Assembly (NCBI GenBank): GCA_963668645.2
Contig: CAXXWC010000013.1
Coordinates: 224,001-288,000 of the forward strand
Reading direction: 5' to 3'
DNA: 64,000 bases
Source: Desulfobacterales bacterium
Lineage (GTDB): Bacteria; Desulfobacterota; Desulfobacteria; Desulfobacterales; UBA2174
The position numbers and the translations under genes are program-made. The stretch's first letter is position 1. The number at the start of each line of letters is the position of its first letter. The notes beneath the pieces were generated by a model that saw only the letters and a list, made by a program, of their open reading frames with translations, had not been told where the DNA came from and did not search any database. Of this stretch, positions 39,908 through 50,454 are shown piece by piece.

Positions 39908-41881
39908 ATGGCATTACCGAACAAGCCCCTTGGAGAACTCAAGGCTGTAAAGGATCCGGCTGTTGAGGAGCGTGACGTTGATATCCTGATCGTGGGCGGC
40001 GGCATGGCGGCCTGCGGCGCGGCTTTCGAAATCAAGAAGTGGGCCGCTGATAAGAAGATCCTTTTGGTGGACAAGGCCGCCATGGAGCGTTCCGGCGCCG
40101 TGGCTCAGGGCCTGTCGGCCATCAACACCTACATCGGCGAGAACAGCCCGGACGATTACGTCCGTATGGTGCGCAACGACCTGATGGGCATCGTGCGTGA
40201 AGACCTGATCTTCGACCTGGGCTGCCACGTGGATGACTCGGTCCATCTGTTCGAGGAATGGGGACTGCCGATCTGGAAAAAGAACGCCGAAGGCAAAAAC
40301 CTCGACGGCAAGAAGGGCCAGACCATGGGCACCCTCAAGGGGGGCGCCAAGCCGGTGCGTACCGGCAAGTGGCAGATCATGATCAACGGCGAGTCCTACA
40401 AGCGCGTGGTGGCCGAGGCGGCCAAGAAGGCACTGGGCGAGGACAACATCCTCGAGCGCGTCTTCATCGTCAAGCTGCTCCTGGACGCCAACGTGGAAAA
40501 CCAGATCGCCGGCGCTCTCGGGTTCTCGGTGCGCGAGAACAAGGTCTACGTCATCAAGTGCAAGACCATGATGGTTGCCTGCGGCGGCGCGGTCAACATC
40601 TACCAGCCGCGTTCGGTGGGCGAGGGCAAAGGCCGTGCCTGGTACCCGGTGTGGAACTCCGGTTCGACCTACACCCTGTGCATGCAGGTCGGCGCCGAGC
40701 TGTCGATGATGGAAAACCGTTTCACCCCGGCGCGCTTCAAGGACGGTTACGGCCCGGTCGGCGCCTGGTTCCTGCTGTTCAAGGCCAAGACCCTCAACGG
40801 TCTGGGAGAGGCCTTCGCCGGCAGCGACGCTGCCAAGGCCGAGCTGGAAAAATACGCGCCTTACGGCACTGCCGCCATCACCCCCACCTGCCTGCGCAAC
40901 CACCTGATGCTCTTCGAGATGAAGGAAGGCCGCGGCCCGATCATCATGGACACCGTCACCGCGCTGGCCGAGCTGGGCAAGACCATGGACAAGAAGGAGC
41001 TCAAGCACCTCGAGTCCGAGGCCTGGGAAGACTTCCTGGATATGACTTGCGGCCAGGCCAACCTGTGGTGCGCCCAGAACTGCGAGCCCGAAAAGAAGAA
41101 CTCCGAGGTTATGCCCACCGAGCCGTACCTGCTCGGCAGCCACTCGGGGTGCTGCGGCCTGTGGACCTCCGGCCCGGATTACGACTGGATCCCGGATGCC
41201 TACAAGATCAAGGCCCGCAACGGCAAGGTCTACAACCGCATGACCACGGTCGAAGGTCTGTTCACCTCCGGCGACGGCGTGGGCTGCTCCGGCCACAAGT
41301 TCTCCTCCGGCTCGCACGCCGAAGGCCGCATGGCCGCCAAGCAGATGGCCAAGTACGCCCGCGATTTTGCCGACTTCGCCCCGGCCCTGAAGCAGTCCGC
41401 CGCCGAGCTGGTCGACGTCGCTTACAAGCCGGTGCACACCTTCCTGGAGCACTCCGCTTACACCACCGCGGTGGACATCAACCCCAACTACATCAAACCC
41501 AACGGGATGATGTACCGGTTGATGAAGGCCGGTCACGAGTACGGCGCCGGCACGGCGACCTTCTACATGACCAGCAGCAAGTGCCTCGAAATTCTGATGG
41601 ATCTGCTGGCCACCATGCGCGAAGACTGCGAGAAACTGGCCGCCGGCGACCTGCACGAACTGATGCGCGCCTGGGAGATCCAGCACCGCATCTGGACGCT
41701 CGAGGCCCACATCCGCCATATCCAGTTCCGCAAGGAAACCCGCTATCCGGGCTTCTACTACCAGTCGGACTACCCGGGCCAGGACGACGAGAACTGGTTC
41801 TGCTTCACCAACAGCAAGTACGACTTCGCCAACGACAAGTGGGAATGCTTCAAGCGCGATTACATCAAGATCATCCCGTAA
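39908..41881 (+). CDS. aprA: Adenylylsulfate reductase alpha subunit
   Basis: RSGAVAQGLSAINTY, WQIMINGESYK, GHKFSSGSHAEGR. Confidence 0.99.
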   Translation: MALPNKPLGELKAVKDPAVEERDVDILIVGGGMAACGAAFEIKKWAADKKILLVDKAAMERSGAVAQGLSAINTYIGENSPDDYVRMVRNDLMGIVREDLIFDLGCHVDDSVHLFEEWGLPIWKKNAEGKNLDGKKGQTMGTLKGGAKPVRTGKWQIMINGESYKRVVAEAAKKALGEDNILERVFIVKLLLDANVENQIAGALGFSVRENKVYVIKCKTMMVACGGAVNIYQPRSVGEGKGRAWYPVWNSGSTYTLCMQVGAELSMMENRFTPARFKDGYGPVGAWFLLFKAKTLNGLGEAFAGSDAAKAELEKYAPYGTAAITPTCLRNHLMLFEMKEGRGPIIMDTVTALAELGKTMDKKELKHLESEAWEDFLDMTCGQANLWCAQNCEPEKKNSEVMPTEPYLLGSHSGCCGLWTSGPDYDWIPDAYKIKARNGKVYNRMTTVEGLFTSGDGVGCSGHKFSSGSHAEGRMAAKQMAKYARDFADFAPALKQSAAELVDVAYKPVHTFLEHSAYTTAVDINPNYIKPNGMMYRLMKAGHEYGAGTATFYMTSSKCLEILMDLLATMREDCEKLAAGDLHELMRAWEIQHRIWTLEAHIRHIQFRKETRYPGFYYQSDYPGQDDENWFCFTNSKYDFANDKWECFKRDYIKIIP

Positions 41882-41922
41882 TGTCGGCTATGAAGACGGT
41901 TTCGTACACTGCATGACAAAAC

Positions 41923-41956
41923 ACCTCCAGGTGCCTTCCGGCACCTGGAGGTTTTT
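41923..41956 (+). terminator. Intrinsic terminator after aprA
   Basis: 13-bp perfect stem ACCTCCAGGTGCC/GGCACCTGGAGGT followed by a T-run. Confidence 0.8.
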
Positions 41957-42125
41957 GTTCATTATCCGGACTGCCTCCCGCTTAGCGGCCGGCACTGTGT
42001 CCAGTTGCCTGAGCGGTCCGCCTCCGGACCTTTGAGGCATTTGGACACGGTGGCATACCGGCGCGTAATTTCGCGCCATGGCGATTGTTTTCGGGATGCA
42101 ACGATTACTTTGCACGGAGGAGAGC

Positions 42126-43403
42126 ATGACAACAGAACAAGCAGCCCCGGTGAGCGGCAGTATCCTGGTGGTCGGCGGCGGCATCAGCGGGTTGACCACC
42201 GCGCTGGAAGCGGCCGAAGTCGGATACGAGGTTTTTGTGGTGGAAAAGAACCCCTATCTTGGCGGCCGCGTGGCGCAGCTCAACCAGTATTTTCCCAAGC
42301 TGTGCCCCCCGACCTGCGGCCTGGAGATCAACTTCCGGCGCATCAAGGACAATCCGCGCATCAAGATCCTGACCCTGGCCGAGGTGGAAAAGGTTACCGG
42401 CGGGCCGGGCGACTACGAGGCCACCGTGCGCATCAACCCGCGCTACGTCAATGAGAAATGCACCTGCTGCGGGGCTTGCGCCGAAGCGTGCCAGACCGAG
42501 GTGGTCAACGATTTCAACTTCGGCATGGACCGCATCAAAGGCGCCTATCTGCCCCATCCGATGGCCTTTCCGGCCCGCTATGTGATCTCGCCGCAGATCG
42601 TGGGCGGCGAAGACGGCAAACGCTGCGCCGAAGCGTGCGCTTACGGAGCGGTGGAGCTGGACATGGCGCCCAGGACGGTGAGCCTCAAGGTGGGAGCCGT
42701 GGTCTGGGCCACGGGCTGGGAGCCGTATGATGCCACCAAGATCGACAACCTGGGCTTCGGCCGCTATGCGAACATCATCACCAATATGATGATGGAGCGC
42801 ATGGCTTCACCTTGCGGCCCGACCGGGGGCAAGATCCAGCGGCCTTCTGACGGTCAGGCCCCGGCCTCCATCGGATTCGTGCAGTGCGCCGGCAGCCGCG
42901 ATGAGAACCATCTGCCGTACTGTTCGTATATCTGCTGTATGGCGTCGCTCAAGCAGGCCACCTATATCCGGGCGCAGTACCCGGACGCCAAGATCTACAT
43001 TTTCTACATCGATCTTCGGGCTCCGGGCTATCGCTACGAGCGCTTCTACAAGAAGATCCAGGAAGACCCGAACGTTTTCTTCGTCAAGGGCAAGGTTGCC
43101 GAGGTCGAAGAGAATCCGGCCGACCAAAGCGTTACCGTGACGGCCGAGAACGCGGTTACCGGCGAGAAGATTCACCAGACGGTGGATCTGGTGGTGCTGG
43201 CCACGGGCATGCAGCCCACGGCGGCTGACGCGCCGCTGCCGGCCGATCTGAAGATGACCGAGGACGGGTTCGTGATCAACGACTTTGGGCGGGGCGGGAT
43301 GTTCGCCACCGGGTGTGCGGCCAAACCCGCAGACGTGGTGTCCAGCAACCAGAACGCCACCGGCATGGCCCTTAAAGCGATTCAAACCCTGGTGAAGCGG
43401 TAG
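42126..43403 (+). CDS. qmoA: QmoA (HdrA-like flavoprotein)
   Basis: GGGISG, YFPKLCPPTCGLE, QCAGSRD...YCSYICC; follows aprA. Confidence 0.95.
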   Translation: MTTEQAAPVSGSILVVGGGISGLTTALEAAEVGYEVFVVEKNPYLGGRVAQLNQYFPKLCPPTCGLEINFRRIKDNPRIKILTLAEVEKVTGGPGDYEATVRINPRYVNEKCTCCGACAEACQTEVVNDFNFGMDRIKGAYLPHPMAFPARYVISPQIVGGEDGKRCAEACAYGAVELDMAPRTVSLKVGAVVWATGWEPYDATKIDNLGFGRYANIITNMMMERMASPCGPTGGKIQRPSDGQAPASIGFVQCAGSRDENHLPYCSYICCMASLKQATYIRAQYPDAKIYIFYIDLRAPGYRYERFYKKIQEDPNVFFVKGKVAEVEENPADQSVTVTAENAVTGEKIHQTVDLVVLATGMQPTAADAPLPADLKMTEDGFVINDFGRGGMFATGCAAKPADVVSSNQNATGMALKAIQTLVKR

Positions 43404-43415
43404 GAGGTTCGATCC

Positions 43416-45752
43416 ATGGATAAAAAATACGGAGTCTACGTTTGCACAGGCTGTGGCATCGGGGAATCGCTGGATATTGCGGCCCTGGGCGAGGTGGCCG
43501 GTGAGGAGGGTTTTCCGGTCCAGCAGCACGCGTTTTTGTGCGGTTCTGAAGGGGCCGAGCTGATCAAGAAGGACATCGCGGAAAAAGGGATCAACTCGCT
43601 GGTGGTGTGCGCCTGTTCACGGCGGGTTAATTTCGATGTTTTTCGCTACGAGGGGTGCATCGTCGAGCGCGTCAATCTGCGCGAGCAGGTGGTTTGGAGC
43701 CATCCACGGGACAAGTTTCCCAAACTGACCGAAGAGGAGATCGCCGGCGGCGATGCCTTCGATCGGGTTCAGATGATGGCCGAGGACTACCTGCGGATGG
43801 GCATGGCACGGGTCAAGAAGGTGACCCTGCCCGAGGCGTATCAGGTGGAAAGCCTGTCGCGGCGCATCCTGGTGATCGGCGGCGGGATGACCGGGATGGC
43901 TGCGGCCCTGGATGCGGCCAAGGCCGGCTACGAGGTGACCATCGTTGAAAAGAGCGGGGCCCTCGGCGGTCATGCGACCCACTGGCGCAACCAACTGCCG
44001 GTTCAGATGCCATACGCCGAGCCGATCGCTCCCCAGGTGACCGAGACCATTGCGGCGGTGCAGGCCGAAGCCAAGATCACGGTCAAGACCGAGACGGTGG
44101 TGGCGCGCATCGCCGGCGAGCCGGGCAACTTCACCGTGACGCTGAAAAAGCCGGGCGAAAAGATCGAATTCGACGTTCCCTTCCCGCTGCCGCCGGAGAT
44201 GAAAGTCGACGAAAACGGCAAGGACCTGGATGTCGAAAAGCTCGCCGAGGCTTACAAAGAATACAACAAGGGCAGAAACGACATTTTGACCATCGACCCG
44301 GACGGGGAAAAGTTCGGAGCCGTGGTGCTGGCCGCCGGATGGCGCGCCTGGCAGCCTGAAGCCGGCCAACTGGCCCATTACGGGTTCGGCGAACTGGCCG
44401 ATGTGATTTCCAACGAGCAGTTCGAGAAGATCGCCAAGGAGGGTAAGATCAAGCGCCCCTCGGACGGCCGGGAGGCCAAGCGGGTGGTCTTCGTTCAGAG
44501 CCCCGGCCAGGGCGACGACGGCGATTTTGCCTACACCGGCTCGGTCACCTCCATGGTGAGCCTCAAGCAGGCCAAGTACGTGCGCGAGGACTACGACGAC
44601 GGCCAAGCCTATGTGTTTTATCAGCATATGCGCACTCCGGGCCAGATGGAGTACTTTTACAAGAGCATCCAGCAGGATCCGGGCATATTCCTGACCAAGG
44701 GCGAGGTGGTCAAGGTGAGCGGCAACGGGGACGGGCTGGTGGTGGAAGCCGACAATACGTTGCTGGGCGAAAAGATCCAGGTCAAGGCGGACCTGGTGGT
44801 GCTGGCCACGGGGATGGTGCCGGTGACGGTGGACGATCCGGTGGTCAACCTGGCCTACCGCCAGGGACCTGGATTTCGCGACAATGCCCTTTACGACGGC
44901 TACTGCGATTCGAATTTCATCTGCTTTCCCTACGAGACCCAGCGCACCGGGATTTACGCAGCCGGGGCGATCCGGCGGGCCATGACGGTCGAGGAGGCCG
45001 TGGATGATGCGGCCGGTGCGGCCCTCAAGGCGATCCAGTGCGTCGAGTCGGTCAACCGGGGCGTGGCGGTTCATCCGCGCTCGGGGGACATGACCTTTCC
45101 GGATTTCTTTTTCCAGCGCTGTACCCAGTGCAAGCGGTGCACCGAGGAATGCCCCTTCGGGGCCCTGGACGACGACGCCAAAGGCACCCCCAAGCCGAAT
45201 CCGGCCCGCTGCCGGCGCTGCGGCACCTGCATGGGGGCTTGTCCGGAGCGGATCATTGGTTTTGCCGACTACAACATCGATTCGATCGGCTCGCAGGTCA
45301 AAGCGGTGGGCGTGCCCAGCGAGGACGATTACAGCGAACCGCCCTTCCGTATCCTCGGGCTGGTCTGCGAAAACGACGCTTATCCGGCCCTCGACATGGC
45401 CGGTCTCAAGGGCCTTTCCTTTTCGGCCGACGTGCGGCTGATCCCGGTGCGTTGCCTCGGGTCGGTGAACGTGATCTGGATCAAGGACGCCCTTTCCCAG
45501 GGCATGGACGGGGTCTTTCTGCTCGGCTGCAAGCACGGCGACGACTACCAGTGCCATTTTGTCAAAGGCAGCGAGCTCGCCTCGATCCGCATGAAGAAGA
45601 TCGGCGAAGCCCTGGCCAGCCTGGCGCTTGAAAACGAGCGGGTGGCCCAGTTCGAAATCGCCATCGACGAATACGACAAGGTGCCCCAAATCATCAACGA
45701 GTTCGTGGATTCGGTCGAGGCCCTGGGCCCCAATCCGTTCAAGGGCTTCTAA
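43416..45752 (+). CDS. qmoB: QmoB (HdrA-like with MvhD-like C-terminus)
   Basis: FAD motif, two ferredoxin motifs, CENDAYPALD...RCLGS...GCKHGDDYQCHF. Confidence 0.95.
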   Translation: MDKKYGVYVCTGCGIGESLDIAALGEVAGEEGFPVQQHAFLCGSEGAELIKKDIAEKGINSLVVCACSRRVNFDVFRYEGCIVERVNLREQVVWSHPRDKFPKLTEEEIAGGDAFDRVQMMAEDYLRMGMARVKKVTLPEAYQVESLSRRILVIGGGMTGMAAALDAAKAGYEVTIVEKSGALGGHATHWRNQLPVQMPYAEPIAPQVTETIAAVQAEAKITVKTETVVARIAGEPGNFTVTLKKPGEKIEFDVPFPLPPEMKVDENGKDLDVEKLAEAYKEYNKGRNDILTIDPDGEKFGAVVLAAGWRAWQPEAGQLAHYGFGELADVISNEQFEKIAKEGKIKRPSDGREAKRVVFVQSPGQGDDGDFAYTGSVTSMVSLKQAKYVREDYDDGQAYVFYQHMRTPGQMEYFYKSIQQDPGIFLTKGEVVKVSGNGDGLVVEADNTLLGEKIQVKADLVVLATGMVPVTVDDPVVNLAYRQGPGFRDNALYDGYCDSNFICFPYETQRTGIYAAGAIRRAMTVEEAVDDAAGAALKAIQCVESVNRGVAVHPRSGDMTFPDFFFQRCTQCKRCTEECPFGALDDDAKGTPKPNPARCRRCGTCMGACPERIIGFADYNIDSIGSQVKAVGVPSEDDYSEPPFRILGLVCENDAYPALDMAGLKGLSFSADVRLIPVRCLGSVNVIWIKDALSQGMDGVFLLGCKHGDDYQCHFVKGSELASIRMKKIGEALASLALENERVAQFEIAIDEYDKVPQIINEFVDSVEALGPNPFKGF

Positions 45753-45812
45753 TCAAGACCGATCGGCAGATGCGATCTTTCTAAACGACTGCCGCGTGAG
45801 GAGGAAGACGAT

Positions 45813-46946
45813 ATGGCGCAAAGATACCTGGTTGAACCCGATGTGGGGTTTGTCAAGGAGGTGATCAGCCTCGGGGGGGTGGACGTCAAGAAATGTTTTC
45901 AGTGTGCCACATGTTCGGTGGCCTGCCCCATTTCTCCCGACACTCGTCCCTTTCCCCGCAAGGAGATGATTGCTGCAGGCTGGGGCTTGAAAGACAAATT
46001 GATCGGCAACGGCGATATCTGGCTGTGCCACAACTGCGGGGACTGTTCCACCCTGTGTCCCCGGGGGGCCAAGCCTGGCGATGTGCTCGCCGCCCTGCGC
46101 ATGGCCACCATCCGGGCCTACGCCAAGCCCAAGATCCTGGCCGACTGGGTCAACGACAAGAGCAAGCTACCGATTCTGCTGGCCATTCCGGCGGTGATCT
46201 TCCTCGTTTTGGGGCTGATCACCGGTCTGCTCGATTTTACCCCGGGCGGTGACGAGATTGAACACGCCAAGTTTTTTTCCACTTGGCTGGTGGATCTGAT
46301 CATGATCCCGACCTTCTTTTTCGCCGTGGCGGTTTTCGGTCTGGGATTGAAGAACTTCATCGCCGACATGCACGCCGACGCCCTGGCCAACGGCAAGACC
46401 GCCAAGACCGATCTGAATCTCAAGGAGCTGCTCCAGGCCTTGGGGCGGGTGATCCTGACGGTCCTCAAGCACGATAAGTTCAACGAGTGCGGCGAGAACC
46501 GCGAGCGAGCCACGGCCCATATGATGGTTTTGTTCGGCTTTATCGGGCTGTTCATCGTGACCAATATCTTTTTTGTCACCCTTTACGTGTTCCAGATCCA
46601 TGGACCTTACTCCCAGCTCAATCCGGTCAAGTGGCTGGCCAATGTCGCGGGGGTGTCCCTGGTGATCGGCGCTTTGCTGATGATTCGCACCAGGATGAAC
46701 AAGAAAGACCAAGTGTCGTCATACAGCGACTGGTTTCTTATCGGCCTGGCCCTGATGCTCGGCCTGACCGGTATGCTCACCGAGATGACCCGGCTGGGCG
46801 GGATGGCCGGGACTTCCTATTTCCTCTATTTTGTCCACCTGATGTTCGTCTGGTCCCTGTTTTGCTACGTGCCTTTTTCAAAACTGGCCCATCTGGTCTA
46901 CCGCACCGCGGCCATGACCTACAACGAGTGGGCGGGACGAAAATAA
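45813..46946 (+). CDS. qmoC: QmoC (HdrC-like FeS plus heme b membrane domain)
   Basis: CFQCATCSVACP, CHNCGDCSTLCP, TM helices, PFSKLAH. Confidence 0.95.
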   Translation: MAQRYLVEPDVGFVKEVISLGGVDVKKCFQCATCSVACPISPDTRPFPRKEMIAAGWGLKDKLIGNGDIWLCHNCGDCSTLCPRGAKPGDVLAALRMATIRAYAKPKILADWVNDKSKLPILLAIPAVIFLVLGLITGLLDFTPGGDEIEHAKFFSTWLVDLIMIPTFFFAVAVFGLGLKNFIADMHADALANGKTAKTDLNLKELLQALGRVILTVLKHDKFNECGENRERATAHMMVLFGFIGLFIVTNIFFVTLYVFQIHGPYSQLNPVKWLANVAGVSLVIGALLMIRTRMNKKDQVSSYSDWFLIGLALMLGLTGMLTEMTRLGGMAGTSYFLYFVHLMFVWSLFCYVPFSKLAHLVYRTAAMTYNEWAGRK

Positions 46947-46987
46947 AAACAGGGCGTTCTTCCTTGCGGAAGAACGCCCTGTTTTTT
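46945..46987. terminator. Bidirectional terminator between qmoC and sat
   Basis: AAAAACAGGGCGTTCTTCC-ttgc-GGAAGAACGCCCTGTTTTT perfect inverted repeat. Confidence 0.85.
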
Positions 46988-47061
46988 AGTGTAACGCTTA
47001 AATCAAAACGGCGCTAGCCCTTCACAGAGGGCAAGCGCCGTTTCTTGTTTACGGCAGATTT

Positions 47062-48342
47062 TTATTTGACGTCGCCGGTGGCAGCGGCATGGGTCTTGAT
47101 TTCGACCTTCTCGGTCAATCCTTCGTAGTAGTCACGCAGGATGGCGACGACTTCGTCGCGGCCGAAATGATCGGGCAGTTCCAGACCTTCTGAAAGCATC
47201 TTGCGCAGCATGGTCCCCGAGAGGAGCACCCGGTCGGCCTTGTCATGGGGGCAGGTCCGCAACGAGGCCATCCCGTCGCACTTGTGGCAGTAGAAGGTCC
47301 AGTCGATCTTCAGCGGGGAGCAGAGCAGGGCCTTTCCTGCCTCTTCCGGCTTGGGAATCTTGTCGAAGATCGTCTGGGCTTCGAACATGCCGTAAAAGTC
47401 GCCCACACCGGCATGGTCGCGGCCGATGATCATACGCGAGCATCCGTAGTTCTGGCGGAAGGTGGCGTGCAGCAGGGCTTCGCGCGGGCCGGCGTAGCGC
47501 ATGTCGAGAGGATAGCCGCCCTGGACCACGTTCTTGGGCACGAAGTAGTTCTGCACCAGGGAGTCGATGCACTTGACGCGCACCTCGGCGGGGATGTCGC
47601 CCGGCTTGAGATTGCCCACCAGGGAGTGGATGTAGACGCCGTCGCAAACCTCAACCGCGATCTTGCACAGGTATTCGTGGCTGCGGTGCATCGGGTTGCG
47701 AAGCTGCAAGGCGGCGATCTCCTTCCAGCCGCGCTCTTCGAAGATCTTGCGCGATTCGGCCGGGCGCTGGTAGACGCCGGGGTACTTGCTCGGGTAGCCG
47801 CCTTCGCTCAGGACCTTGACCGGACCGGCCAGGTTGACATCCTTCTGGGCCATGACCATTTGCACGCCCGGATGGTCGTCCTTGGCAATCTTCCAGAATT
47901 CCTCGGCGGTCGGGGTGCCTTCACCCATGAAAATCTTTTCGCATTCCCATATTTTGTCGGCCTCGGTCATCTCGTACTTCTCGGTGACCTGCATGGTGGC
48001 CATGATCTTGCCGCCGTCTTTGGAAACCAGGGCGATTTCCTGTCCCACGGTGATGGCCGCCGCATCGTCCGCGGTGGTCGAAAGGGTCACCGGAACCGGC
48101 CAGAAGGTGCCGTCGGCCAGAAGGTAGTTTTCGCAAACGCCCTTCCAGTCGGCCTTGGTCATGAAGCTGGTCAGCGGGCTGAACCCGCCGATGCCCATCA
48201 TGATCAGGTCGCCTTCCTCACGGCTGGAAATCTCGACTTTCTTCAGCCCTTCGGCTTTTTTCAGCTCGGCTTCGCGTTCGGCACCTTCCAGCAAGCAGGT
48301 GGTCAAGCCTTTGCCGCCATGGGGGGGAATAAGTTGTGACAT
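47062..48342 (-). CDS. sat: Sulfate adenylyltransferase
   Basis: [30 protein letters not shown]. Confidence 0.99.
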   Translation of the reverse strand: MSQLIPPHGGKGLTTCLLEGAEREAELKKAEGLKKVEISSREEGDLIMMGIGGFSPLTSFMTKADWKGVCENYLLADGTFWPVPVTLSTTADDAAAITVGQEIALVSKDGGKIMATMQVTEKYEMTEADKIWECEKIFMGEGTPTAEEFWKIAKDDHPGVQMVMAQKDVNLAGPVKVLSEGGYPSKYPGVYQRPAESRKIFEERGWKEIAALQLRNPMHRSHEYLCKIAVEVCDGVYIHSLVGNLKPGDIPAEVRVKCIDSLVQNYFVPKNVVQGGYPLDMRYAGPREALLHATFRQNYGCSRMIIGRDHAGVGDFYGMFEAQTIFDKIPKPEEAGKALLCSPLKIDWTFYCHKCDGMASLRTCPHDKADRVLLSGTMLRKMLSEGLELPDHFGRDEVVAILRDYYEGLTEKVEIKTHAAATGDVK

Positions 48343-48505
48343 GTCCCGTCCTCTCCTTTCGATGTTAAATTGAGTGGGGTTGCTTCGTCTGTCCGGACGA
48401 TTGTCTGCGTGGGGTTCAAGGTACGCTTCTTATAAAGGTAGGAGCGGATTGTCAAGGGAAATGAAGCCGGTGGCAGCGGCTCGGAAAACATGCCGGATAA
48501 AAAGC

Positions 48506-48535
48506 AAAAAACCCGATCCGCGGAAGCGGGTCGGG
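48506..48535 (-). terminator. Terminator of the tRNA-Ser pair
   Basis: Minus strand CCCGACCCGC-ttcc-GCGGATCGGG followed by T6. Confidence 0.75.
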
Positions 48536-48547
48536 CCATGGTCAGGG

Positions 48548-48640
48548 TGGCGGAGAGAGAGGGATTCGAACCCTCGGTGCAGTTTTAGCCGCACACTCGC
48601 TTAGCAGGCGAGCGCCTTCAGCCGACTCGGCCATCTCTCC
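48548..48640 (-). tRNA. tRNA-Ser(GCT)
   Basis: GGAGAGATGGCCGAG...CTCGC-CT GCT AA-GCGAG, long variable arm, GGTTCGAATCC, CCA end. Confidence 0.96.
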
Positions 48641-48650
48641 ATTGGGTCCC

Positions 48651-48736
48651 TGGCGGAGGGAGTAGGATTCGAACCCACGGAGCTTTCGCTCAACGGTTTT
48701 CAAGACCGCCGCCTTAAACCACTCGGCCATCCCTCC
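48651..48736 (-). tRNA. tRNA-Ser(TGA)
   Basis: GGAGGGATGGCCGAGTGG...GCGGT-CT TGA AA-ACCGT, variable arm, GGTTCGAATCC, CCA end. Confidence 0.96.
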
Positions 48737-48888
48737 TTGCCTTGAGGGGATCTCCTTACCATCATTAAAGCAAGGGGTCAACCATGATCCTTGATAATCG
48801 ATATTGACAGAATAAAGCTTTTATGGTTTTTGTAAACTCCTTGATAATCCGAGAAGATACAAATTGAAAGGGACAAGGGAATCATCCG

Positions 48889-49359
48889 ATGAAACATAAG
48901 TACACTGTTTCGTGTGATGGAGCTCAAAAGCAGCTTATCATCAGCGAATACGCCGAGTTGGACAAAGAAATGTTTTCGCTTCTCTGTGAAGAGCGCTACA
49001 GTGAGGAGAAGATGCGATCCGCCCTGGCGCAAGGCACCGACGCCTTGATCACCGCCTTTCGCACCCGCAACTTTTATCCCACCTGTACCTTCGCCGGCAG
49101 AATTGCGGCCGCGATCACGACCCTCTTGACCCAGGATCAGACCGACCCGGTGGAAATCATCCTGGACGATGCCGATTTTCTCAGCCGCCAGGTGGCCGAG
49201 GCTCCCGAACACGTTGAAAGGGAAGAGGAGTCCGAGGATATCGATGATCTGCTGGATGATAATGTGGAAGAAGAGTTCGACGATCTTGACATCGACAAGA
49301 TCAATTCCGGGATCAAGATCGCCGATGACGATGCGCCAGACATCGAAGAGGAGGTCTGA
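48889..49359 (+). CDS. Hypothetical protein with highly acidic C-terminal tail
   Basis: 156-aa ORF with typical codon usage; D/E-rich last third. Confidence 0.75.
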   Translation: MKHKYTVSCDGAQKQLIISEYAELDKEMFSLLCEERYSEEKMRSALAQGTDALITAFRTRNFYPTCTFAGRIAAAITTLLTQDQTDPVEIILDDADFLSRQVAEAPEHVEREEESEDIDDLLDDNVEEEFDDLDIDKINSGIKIADDDAPDIEEEV

Positions 49360-49468
49360 CCCCTAAAACAACTGCGATTTTCAGCCTCGCTGAGCTGTTG
49401 AGGCAGGCTTGTGCCGAGAAGTGAAGTTCACTGTTCATGCCACTCGCAACCGCACTAAGGAGGTGCTA

Positions 49469-50410
49469 ATGGAACAGGAGAAACGCTTTTATGAACGGCT
49501 GGAAGCCCGCGGTATTTCACGCAGAAGCTTCATGAAATACTGCACCGCCCTCACGGCGACGATGGGGCTTTCGGCGGCCTATGTCCCCAAGGTTGCCGAG
49601 GTCTTTGCCGCACCCAAGCAGCGGCCGCCTGTGGTGTGGCTCCATTTTGGCGAGTGCACCGGTTGTTCCGAATCGCTGCTGCGGTCCCAGTATCCATATG
49701 TTGATGATCTGGTTTTGGAAGTGCTCTCCATCGAGTACCATGAGACCATCATGGCCGCCGCGGGTTATCAGGCGGAAGAAGCGCTGCACGCCGCCGTCAA
49801 GAAATACGCCGGCAAGTTCATCTGCGTGGTGGAAGGATCCATCGCCACGGCTTATGACGGCGGCTACGGCAAGGTCGGCGGCCGCACTTTCCTGGAGATC
49901 GCCAAGGAGGTGGTCCCCCAGGCGGCGGCCACCATCGCTTACGGCACCTGCGCCTGCTTCGGCGGCGTTCCGGCGGCCAAGCCCAACCCGGGCGGCTACA
50001 AGGGGGTCAAGGATGCCATCGGTGTGAGCACCCTCAACATTCCCGGCTGCCCACCCAATCCCATCAACCTGGTCGGTACGATCGTCAATTATCTTCTCTT
50101 GGGCAAGCTGCCGGCGCTGGACGATATGGGCCGTCCCATGTTCGCCTACGGCAAAACGATTCATGATCAGTGCCCGCGCCGCGCCCACTTCGAAAACGGC
50201 GAGTTCGTGGAACAATTCGGTTCGGAAGAAGCCGCCATGGGGTATTGCCTCTACAAGGTCGGTTGCCGGGGGCCGGAAACTTACAACAACTGCCCCGTGG
50301 CCAAGTTCAACGACGGGACCAGTTGGCCGGTCGAAGCCGGACATCCCTGCATCGGGTGCAGCCAGCCCGATTTCTGGGATACCATGACCCCATTCTATGA
50401 AGAAATGTAG
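49469..50410 (+). CDS. hynB: Periplasmic [NiFe] hydrogenase small subunit (group 1)
   Basis: Tat motif SRRSFMK; ECTGC, GCPP, HDQC...[10 protein letters not shown]...C...CIGC. Confidence 0.95.
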   Translation: MEQEKRFYERLEARGISRRSFMKYCTALTATMGLSAAYVPKVAEVFAAPKQRPPVVWLHFGECTGCSESLLRSQYPYVDDLVLEVLSIEYHETIMAAAGYQAEEALHAAVKKYAGKFICVVEGSIATAYDGGYGKVGGRTFLEIAKEVVPQAAATIAYGTCACFGGVPAAKPNPGGYKGVKDAIGVSTLNIPGCPPNPINLVGTIVNYLLLGKLPALDDMGRPMFAYGKTIHDQCPRRAHFENGEFVEQFGSEEAAMGYCLYKVGCRGPETYNNCPVAKFNDGTSWPVEAGHPCIGCSQPDFWDTMTPFYEEM

Positions 50411-50454
50411 CCGCCTGAGCCAAAATCTTCAAGAAGAAGAGAGGAGATATCCAT

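Noticed and set aside
48548..48736. tRNA-Ser as an integration site
   Set aside because: No integrase or duplicated tRNA 3' end seen; the flanks are core genes
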